Source: Gnetum montanum (Eukaryota; Plantae; Gnetophyta). From it: a DNA stretch of 64,000 nt. Below, in pieces: positions 54,621 through 64,000 of this stretch. Position 1 is the first letter of the stretch, and the number at the start of each line of letters is the position of its first letter. The translations under genes were made by a program, and so were the position numbers. The stretch covers positions 36,060 through 100,059 of the forward strand of contig MNCI01000811.1 in the NCBI GenBank assembly GCA_015680685.1, written 5' to 3'. Below the pieces are notes generated by a model that was not told the DNA's origin, did no database searches, and saw only the letters and a program-made list of their open reading frames with translations.

Positions 54621-56064
54621 TAAAAAACCACAAAATATTATATGTTATAGTTGATTTTCATCATGTAGCTTGCACCCAATGAAACCTAAGGAAAAACTTC
54701 ATTGTAAATGTAAATATTGTAATCCATGAGGAACAATCTCACATACTCCATACTTTTGGAATTGAAAAATTCCTCATAAGTAGTCAAACCTCATTCCCCT
54801 AGTACAAAAATTCACCTAGTATTTATACTTAGGATTAGAAGGGTTAAAATTACATTTTGAAATGCTAAAAATAATAATTTGATGGGTTATAGGAGGTATA
54901 CATTTTTCTACACTAGAAATACTTGTAGGGGGTTAAATCTTACCTATCCACAGTGTGGAGGAGTGGGGGATTTTTTCTTAGCTAGGAAAATTTTTCCCCC
55001 CAAGTGAAAAATGCATTCCCCCAACATGGAAGGCACAAAAGCTAGATTTCAACACTCCATGCACTCTAATGTTGACTAGCCACTTTAGCAAGGATGGAAA
55101 AAGGCATAGTGTGAAAGATTCATCTCCAGCATAGAAGGTGTATCCTTGTTACTATTTATAGTAAATGAAATGACGATGGAGGGAAGGCACTTACTGTGTA
55201 TAGTAACCACCCAAATTTGGGCATGCATCTTACCTATATGAGGTAGAAATTTGTAGCTAATTTACAGCCATTGTGCAGCCAAATTAGAGCCATTTTGCAG
55301 CACCATGCATGGCACAAAACCTATAAAAAGAAGCCTTAAACACCATTTATAGGTTTAACACTTTTGGGATAATTTGATACTATTAGCATTAGTTCCAATT
55401 TTTTGGCACTTGAATACATTGAACATACATACATTTTTCCAAAAAATAATTTCACACTTGGGCATTTTCAAGTACTCAAGAGCTCTTGCAATCTCCCATT
55501 TTTGCATTATCTTAACCCCATTGTGGAAGCATTATAGCCTTGGAACTTGTGAACTTTTAGTGTAAACATTGCATTTTTGGGACTCCCAATCCCCCAGTGT
55601 GGAGAAATCCAATACCCAAAATTTTCACTTTCCTCATCCCCTAGTAGTAACCCAAATTGTAGATCTATAGTTTGTAGTAGAGGAGATTCGAATGCACTAG
55701 GAGTGGCTTGGTATTTAAATCATGGAGCAAATCACATTGGATTCAACAAGCCTTGAACTCTTGCCTCAGCAAACCCTCCTTTGCTCTCTCATGGGCATTT
55801 CTTGTACACATTTTTGAAACTTTCCTTTATTATTTTAATAAATTTTTTAAATTTTCATTTTTTGTGTGCACTCTACATTTGTTTTCTATTTACAAATCTG
55901 TAATTTTTTAATTATTATTTGAATCATTTGTTTTGCACTCCCCAAAGTGCCTGGTTGATTTTCCAGATAGGCTAGTGCATCCTGAATTCCATTTCTTTCA
56001 AAGGCCTTTGGAATTTGAGCTTGAGACTATTGCACTAGATATATTGATTTTTCCTATTACAACA
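54621..56064 (+). repeat. 3' LTR of Tat element
   Basis: Direct repeat of 34449-35503. Ends ttacaaca, followed by TSD atgta. Confidence 0.88.
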
Positions 56065-57800
56065 ATGTAGAATAGAATTTTAAGCCTACTTGAGTTTTTA
56101 GGTTCTATACATTTGTTTTGAAAAGAAGCTAATGCGGTTCTACCAATTATGTGATTGCTTTTAGAATCAAATTTAGGTTCTCTAAGTTATGCTTATTTAT
56201 GTATTTTTTCATTAGATGATGTCATGGTTCCTATAACTGTGTTAGCTTTCCTTTGTAGAACCAATTTTTGATTATAAAAACCTTTATTAGAAAATTAGCT
56301 GATGTGGAAGAAAGTGATAAATGTCTTCTCAAACCTTCCAATGCATCTTTTAGAAATATTTTAGCTATTCATGCATAGAACCAAAATTTTTGGTTCTAGA
56401 AACTTGTACTTCATAAAAGTTGACATGGTAGTGCTTCTCTCAAGCTTCCTTTTGGGATCAATTTCAATTGACTTTCCAAGAACTAATGTCATAGACCCAA
56501 TTTGGAAACTTTTCGTAAAACCAAATTTTGGTTCTAAGAATCATGTAATTAAATCTTTCTCTTTATGAAATGTGATGCCACTTCAAATGCTGATTTGACA
56601 AAGGTGAAAATAAAATTACTTGTGAGGTTGGATTTTGGTTCTACATACAAGCTCATTTTCATGGTCAATGATGATGTGGCTTGTAGAATCATTTTTTTCT
56701 TTTCTTTGTAGAACCAAATTTTGGTTCTATAGTTCCTGCTAAAATAACTAACTTGGCAAGTTATATGTTACTGTTTAGATTTGTTAAGAGCTTTCAATAT
56801 ACCTCATAGAATATTTTTTTTTGTAGAACCATTTCATAGAATAGCTTTTCGGTTCTACAAATTTTTGCTACATAATAAGCTAACTTGGTAAAGCTAAAAT
56901 TTACACATTTTATAGAACCATTTTTTGGTTTCACAAATTTCTCCCTCTTAAGAGAGTTGGCATGCTAGAACCACTTATGGATATGTTTATAGAACCAATT
57001 TTGGTCCTACGAACAATGTTTTATTTCAAGCTATCATATTAAATAATGATGTGACACATAGAACCATCTGAAATGTTTTTGTAGAATTAAATTTTGATTC
57101 TACAAATCCATCTTACAAAATATCTTACATGGAAGAATGTGGAAATAAGCATTTAATAGACCCTAAGAGCTTTTTGATTTTACAAACTCATCCATTATGG
57201 AGGCATAATGTGGTTGAGGAATCACTATAGAATTTGATTTTATAGAGATTACATCCATTTAAGGGCCAATTATGATGGAAACATTGATTCCTTAAGTTGA
57301 GTTTCTCTTTTTTAGCTTATGTTTCACATTGGATTCATTCACGAAGCTAATTTTGAACTTTATGTAAATCTTCATACTGTAATCATGCACATCTAATCTT
57401 GATTCCTATCCAATCAAGTTATCTTAAATATCCTCCTAGAATTATCTAGAATAATCATTTTTTTAGAACCGCTTGTTGGTTCTGCAAGTCTCCTCTATGG
57501 ACTAATGGGATAATTGCACATGTTAATCCTTTTATCTCATAATCAATAAAGCTCATCGTGGTTCACAAAATTATTTTAAAAATTCTTTGTAGAGTTAGCT
57601 TTTTCTATTCTATAGACTCACTTGACCTAATTGAAATGATGTGGAAGAATTAAATGAACTTTTGATTAAGCCCTTTTTCTAAATTGATTAGTTTCATTTT
57701 CTTTTGCATTTAACTATTTGTTCTAATTATAGCCTTCCTTTGAGATGAAACCAATTTTTTAGTTTTATAAACCCATTTTTTGTAGTTCTAACTATGAAAG
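56065..57800. repeat. Dispersed palindromic repeat field tagaacc-(A/T)6-9-ggttcta
   Basis: Copies at ~56376, 56518, 56708, 56913, 56990, 57081 and 57463; also ~34117 and 34290. Confidence 0.7.
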
Positions 57801-60800
57801 AGTGTTTGTTTAGGATAGGTTATACTTGTACAAGCTCTATCTTCGATAGTTCCAAACATTTTTAATTATAATTTGAAATCCTAGCTCTTTAAATTGATTT
57901 AAACTTAAAGAGCTTGCATGATCAATGGAATAAAACCTTTTAGATTGATTATTTAGATTTAAAAACTTCCATTTTTAAAAGGAAAATGTGATCAAAATTA
58001 ATTTAATCTTCTTAGCATTTTCATATAATTTTTTATCCAAAAATTTACTTCCAATTAGAGCTTGTTTTTCATACATAAATACAATGTGATAAATCTTAGC
58101 TTAATCATATCATGTGTGTACATCAATCTTTAATTTGAAAGCTATGGGATATCACACAAGGACATAAGCCCAATAATTCAAGTTCTTTATTATTCCATGA
58201 AAATGGCTATTACTACAACAACAATATTTTTAAAGAGAAACATAATCTTCTTTTTGTAACATGTACATACATAAGATAAATTGAGAAAAATATTAAATAT
58301 TTTTTGGGAAGAAAACCCTTGTAGATTAAGGTTAAATAGTGATTAAAATACTTAAGTGCTAAAATGGTTCAAATAGATTAACTAAAGCAAAGATGATAGG
58401 ATTAGGTGACATTGTATAGTGATTATGAGTTTCCTCTAAAATTTTCATTCTAGAGCTTCATCATATCCATGTTTGGTTGGTACTTTAGCAGGTACAATGA
58501 TTTTCACTTCATTACTTTGATCCAGCATTTTATTAGGATCCTTCAAACTTTCATCTTCCTTCAGTGCTTCTTCATCTTCATGATTTTTTTTAATTTTTGA
58601 GCCTTCTTTCTATGTTGTTTTTGAGCTAATTATCTATAACATCCTCATAAGTAAAATTCTGAATTAGACATCTCTTGTTAAAGTTTTCTTTTAGTGAGAG
58701 ATTTGAGCACTCTAGTATCTCAACCTATCCTCAAACATGGATTGATTTACCATTTGTAAGCATGGAAAACTCATTGGAATGCTAGGTCATATATTGATAG
58801 TTATAGGATGCTCCATAAGTGATATTCCTATTGTCATGTCCCCATTCACAATTGATGTTGCTACATAACAAAGATGGCATCTCTTCATAACAAGTGTTAT
58901 TGTTATCATAACAAGACCTGAAAGGGTAGTTGTAATTGAGACTTGAAAGGGGATGTTGTAATAATAAACATGTATTTTAAGGTAACCTTTGGGGATTACC
59001 CTAAGGCATTTATACCTAGGCTTAGATGTCATGTTGGCATGGAGTTGCAAAGCTAGTACAAGCAAGTCATAGGAGCTAGGTGAAGTGGGATAGGAAGTGG
59101 ACTGGCCATCCCTTATGACCAAGTTATAGGCCTAACTGTGGTGTCAGTGTTGGATTTCCTCTAAGGGATAGATGCCAAAGGAAGAATACTTGAAGGAACA
59201 CACTTAGAACATGATTCAGATACACTATTTCATATCAATAAAGTATTATTTTTTTCTCTTTCTACATTTTTCCTATTATTTCATTTATACATAATGTTGA
59301 ATATCACATATATTTTGCATTTGGTATATTTTCTTTGTATGCATAATTTCTAGTATATTATATATTTGATGCTTGGTATCAGAAGAAACCATGACCCAAG
59401 GATCATTCAGAATCATGGGTCGGCTACAACATGAACCTAATGACGAACCTTGAAGCCACAACATAGGGAAAGTCATTAACCATCATCAAATGCACCATAT
59501 GTTTGAGATGATTAATGAAATCTAGAAGATACCATTCCATTGATTTCTTGAATAATGGATTAGGCATTTACAAAAAGACATAGATCCCACCAACAAAATT
59601 CTTTCATGGATATCATTAACCAACGAAGATATCACACCTCATCAAGATTCATTAATCACAAGAGATGTTTGTGAGACAATGATACACTAATCCATGTAAC
59701 TCTTTCCCATATTAATACTATAATTATTAATTACTTATAGTCATTGTAAATTTCTTTCAATAAATTTAGTAACAATGACCTAAATTGATCTTGTTTTATT
59801 GAAATTCACTATCCAAGTAATCTAGAATATTTTAAGTTACCCTATGGTAGCCTAGAAATATCAATTCAAAAAAATATGCTACTTTTTTCTTCTTAATTCC
59901 TAAAATCTCACCTTCATTTTTGAACCTAAGACTATGTCAAATGCATAGTACTTATCAAGACGATTCCAATGGTACAAATTTCATCTTAATAGGACTTATG
60001 GTTTGGAAGATATTGATGTTTAAAGTTTCTCATTTTGTATACATTTAAATAATATTAAATTATTATTTTAATAAAAAATTAACAAAAGATCATGGGTTCA
60101 AACCTAGGCCCCCTCCCTCCTTAGTTTTATAAAATATATACNNNNNNNNNNNNNNNNNNNNNNNNNNNNNNNNNNNNNNNNNNNNNNNNNNNNNNNNNNN
60201 NNNNNNNNNNNNNNNNNNNNNNNNNNNNNNNNNNNNNNNNNNNNNNNNNNNNNNNNNNNNNNNNNNNNNNNNNNNNNNNNNNNNNNNNNNNNNNNNNNNN
60301 NNNNNNNNNNNNNNNNNNNNNNNNNNNNNNNNNNNNNNNNNNTCGTTTATCCATACTGAACCTCTAGCTTGTCATCGACTTAACTACCACGTTAACCACT
60401 GAGGCAAAGATAATAAAATAATAAAAAAAGGCTCAAAAAATTCTCTAAAATACTTATCAAGCAAGAGGTCATGGGTTCAACCTTGTGCCCCAAAATGTTT
60501 TTAATTAAATAAGAATAAGAATAATAAAATTAATAATAATATAAATAAAGAATATATTTTTATTTATTTTAAAAAATAAAAATAAAAAATTAAACTAATA
60601 ATTAAATTTAAAAAAATTTGGGTAGGCCATGACTAGCCTTAATACTAGTCACGACAAGGCTTGCAAGGTCGACTAGTAGCTGATAGTACTTGGACCTACT
60701 TCGCAAATGCCATGGCCAGCCCCAAAAGTGGGTTGGAAAGGAAGTTAGCTCACCTCCTGCTCTTGTGCATCCTCCTATGCCATTTCCAAACCCCCCACCC

Positions 60801-62357
60801 CTATATCCTTCCATGCACATGCCTATTCACATTTTTCTTTTATAGCCCTTCACGTGCCACGGCTACTATGTTCCATCATTACCCTGCATGCCACGATGCT
60901 TTGCCCCACTGCCTTCTCTGTAGCATGCACTACCACTTTCATACATGCTCACAATATTTTCTTGCTTGCTACCTACTATTTTTGCTATAGAAATCCTTAT
61001 TGTGTATTTCATAGCTATTTTTGACTATGTCACTATTGCTTGATGATGCTGTGGATCATGGCCTCCCATGCCATCAATCATCACCTCCCATGTTGCAAAT
61101 CATCACCTCCTGTGCCGCTGATCATTACCTCCCATATTGTCGATCATTACCTCTTGTATCACCGATCATCACCTCCCTCCTTTGGCATTGAAAAAAACCC
61201 TAATGCAACACGTGCTAGAAAAAAAATAAATAAAAATACTTGTACAAGGCTTGTGTGCTAATAGAGGTTGCATAGCCTTGCAGAGGACCACATGGGCCCT
61301 ATATCAGGCCACATGAGCCCAGTAATGGGCTACGTGGGCCCTAAATTGGGCTATGTAAGCCTAGGGATAGACTATGGAGGTCCTAGTGAGGGCTATGCAA
61401 GCCTTGAAAAGGGGCTACATAGGCCTAGTCTAGACCACCTAGTGTAGCGCCTTTTTCACCAACTTCACTATCATCATCATTGATGAGCATCTCTACCTAC
61501 CATGTTACTTTCCTTGTCCATGTTCCTTGCCCTGTTGTCATCTACTGCTTAGCAATTTTGATGGAAAATTCAAATTTCTTGTTGACAAGCTATTAGTTAA
61601 ATTAAAAACATGTAAAAAAATTTTCAAAATGGAATTTGGTGCATTGGTAGCAACTTAGATAGAAAATTTGTAATTAAGCACGCTTATCTTAGAGTAGAAC
61701 TAGGATGGATGACATCTTGGGAAGTCTTGTTTTTTGTGCCAAAGGTCCTCGATCTCAAAAGCCATAATTTTTTATTCTAAAAGGCTTTTTTGATGAATGA
61801 AGTCATTTTATATAGATTTCAAACTTCTAGACCCAATGGTGAAGTTAGATCCATCCTGAGAAATCCCAAAAATTAGTTTTATCCCTTGTCCAACATAGTG
61901 ACTTAAGACTCTTAAAAACTTAAATTTAGCATAATTCGAGCATATGATGTCCTTTGTCAGCATATGAATAGTCATTTCCAACATTTGCACCCTTCTAAAA
62001 TCAATGGTGAGGTTAGATTTATCATCCAGATAGCCTTAAGATCCCTATGGCATGCCATTAGTTACATTGCTAAAGTTAGTATTCTTAAGGGATGTAAAAA
62101 GGCCATTAAGATTTAGATAATGTTTACAAGACTTAGATAATATTCTACAGAAATTGTTTGAAGAATGTCTCAGTATTAGTTGATTATCAGTTGGATAATT
62201 AGTTGATGAAATAGAATGGTCTTTAATAATCAAGTAGATGTATATCAATTTATCTTACAACCAACTCATACAGCAGAACAACATGAAGATTCAAAATATC
62301 ATTTCAACAAGGTGTATGATATTGGTAAAGAGAAATGATTCAAAGGAAAATCTAAGA

Positions 62358-63470
62358 ATGAGAATGAAAATTGCAACATACAACATGCTTGTGAGATCCC
62401 TAGTAAGTGAGAAATAATATCCATTCTATCCATCATGGACCTTGGATTGGCACGAATACTGATATCCATGCATCTTAGAAAAGTTAGAAGATTTGGATGC
62501 TAATGTCTTGTGCTTACAAGTCTTGCCATGGGAGTTTCTATACCAATTGCAACTAGATTTGGAGAATATGGGACATAAAGATATTTACAAGAAAAAAGGT
62601 TCTTATGGAAGTTCTTCTTTTGAGCTATATAGATTAGCATATTGCTGAAATTACAACATGGATGGTTGCATGATCTTTTATATGAAGCCAAGCTTGAATT
62701 GATACAAAGATTCAAATGGAGTTTAGAAATATGATTTTCATAATTCCAAATTTTCAAACCATGGAAAGGAAAGAATAGTCAAGATTTTGGGAAAATCACA
62801 TAGCCTTGGCATTGATTTTAAAAATTTAGTTATTAGGAAGATGTGTATGTGTGTTCAACACAGATTTAATTGCCAAATCAACATGTTCAAATGTTATACT
62901 ATGTTAAGGAGCATATTTGAATAAGAAATAGAACAAAGTTTGAAGAATAAGTTATTCCTAGGTTATACCGATCCAATTCCATTTCTTATTTATGGAGACT
63001 TCAATGCAAAAGTTGGAAGTAGTGTTTATCAATTCTTAAAATATGGATCTGTAAAGGAACCTTTGGAAGATGAACTTGATTTGAAAAAGACATTTTCATC
63101 AATTCAACATACAATTTCATTAGCTACTACATATTTTTCTTACTTTGAATCTTCAATAAATAAATCAAATTCTAGAATTCAAGAATAGATGATGTTGATG
63201 GATAATACTCATCAAGAACCACAGTCTAACAATTACTCTATAATGATTAATGAGGATGGATCAACAAAATTCTTCATTGAGACCCTAGATTATATTTGGT
63301 ACAATGTCCAATTCCTCAAAGTTATCAAGTTACTAGATTTAATTTCTAAAGAAGAAGTTGACAAGAGTCAAGATCAAGCCTTGCCATCTTGAGCAAGACC
63401 ATTTGATCACATATCACTTATGGTAGAATTACAATTACTCCCATCAATTCATAACATTGATCAAGATTAG
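62358..63470 (+). pseudogene. CCR4: CCR4/nocturnin-family EEP deadenylase domain, full length, intronless, with stops and frameshifts
   Basis: MRMKIATYNML..YPFYPSWTLDW..DANVLCLQ; MDGCMIF; NHIALALIL..GRCVCVFNT.L; PFLIYGDFNAKVGSSVYQFL; EPQSNNY..F.ETLDYIWY..LKVIKLLDL; ALPS*ARPFDHISLMVEL; stop at 63468-63470. Confidence 0.9.
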
Positions 63471-63905
63471 GAAGTATCTTACCCTTAGTTTTATTGATGA
63501 TATTTTTATTTTATTTATTATTTAATTGATATTTTAATTAGATAAGTAAAATATCTATGGTAATGAAAGTTCAAAATAAAGAATTTTCCCTACCTTCACT
63601 TGGATAACTAGATTTGAGTTACACCTTATCTGACCTTGGTTAGACTGGTGATTGGTGGTTGGTAGATCTTTAATTGATCTCTTATGATTATCTTAGAAAA
63701 TAAGGTAAATAATAATAAATTAATATTTAATTTTTTTATATTTTTCTCACATATATTTTATTTGTAGAATAAGTAAGAAACAACTTCAAGTTCAAAGGAG
63801 AAATTAAATTATTATAGCATGGAAGCATAATATAAGTATTTGAGCTAGAAAAAGATAGTGAACGTGGACTCATTCAAGGATGAATGAAACCTAAGTGGGG
63901 TAGAT

Positions 63906-64000
63906 TGTCATATTCCCATTACCAAATAATGTTGTTACATAACAAAGATAATGTCTCTTCATAACAACTGTTATTATTATCGTAACAAGACCCAAAAGGG
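63906..64000 (+). repeat. Start of 3' LTR of CCR4-element copy 2
   Basis: tgtcatattcccatt...aagataatgtctcttcataac matches 58832-58925. Confidence 0.88.

Larger units (their letters stand above)
34449..56064 (+). mobile_element. Complete Tat/Ogre-type Ty3/gypsy retrotransposon, 21.6 kb
   Basis: LTRs at 34449-35503 and 54621-56064. Perfect TSD atgta (34444-34448 and 56065-56069). PBS tagcactagaaggagg at 35511. PPT-like aaagaagaaaca at ~54608. Domain order gag-PR...RT-RH-aRH-INT. Confidence 0.92.
58832..64000 (+). mobile_element. CCR4-carrying non-autonomous LTR element, copy 2 (3' LTR runs off window)
   Basis: 5' LTR 58832-~59372 (last ~30 bp missing). PBS tggtatcaga at 59374. Internal region colinear with copy 1. 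PPT aagtggggtagat at 63893-63905. 3' LTR from 63906. Confidence 0.9.

Noticed and set aside
58787-59122. 111-aa antisense ORF across the LTR, and other short low-complexity ORFs (14471, 15277, 60661)
   Set aside because: No recognisable motifs and not kept open in sibling copies.
30282-59372. LTRs at 30282 and 58832 as the two ends of one element
   Set aside because: The first is preceded by a PPT (3' LTR) and the second is followed by a PBS (5' LTR), so they belong to separate insertions.

Overview
Gene-free, AT-rich plant heterochromatin made almost entirely of old, nested LTR retrotransposons that have been heavily eroded by C>T/G>A transitions. The lineage cannot be fixed from sequence alone. 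Contents: (i) two Athila-like Ty3/gypsy elements, one with a decayed gag-PR-RT-RH-INT and one lacking pol; (ii) a complete 21.6-kb Tat/Ogre-type element (34449-56064, TSD ATGTA) whose gag-PR and RT-RH-aRH-INT halves are separated by a ~10.7-kb spacer holding an antisense, apparently spliced gene; (iii) a younger, CpG-rich 5' fragment of a related Tat element on the minus strand; (iv) poorly resolved copia/SIRE-like remnants. The main find is a multi-copy, non-autonomous LTR element family with 523/573-bp TG..CA LTRs, a tRNA-iMet PBS, a PPT and a 5-bp TSD. It shows no recognisable gag or pol, and instead carries an intronless CCR4/nocturnin-type EEP deadenylase domain just upstream of the 3' LTR. 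Two near-full copies (12001-18633 and 58832->64000) and the 3' end of a third (30035-30854) lie in this window. Their disabling lesions differ, which implies an ancestral master with an intact ORF.
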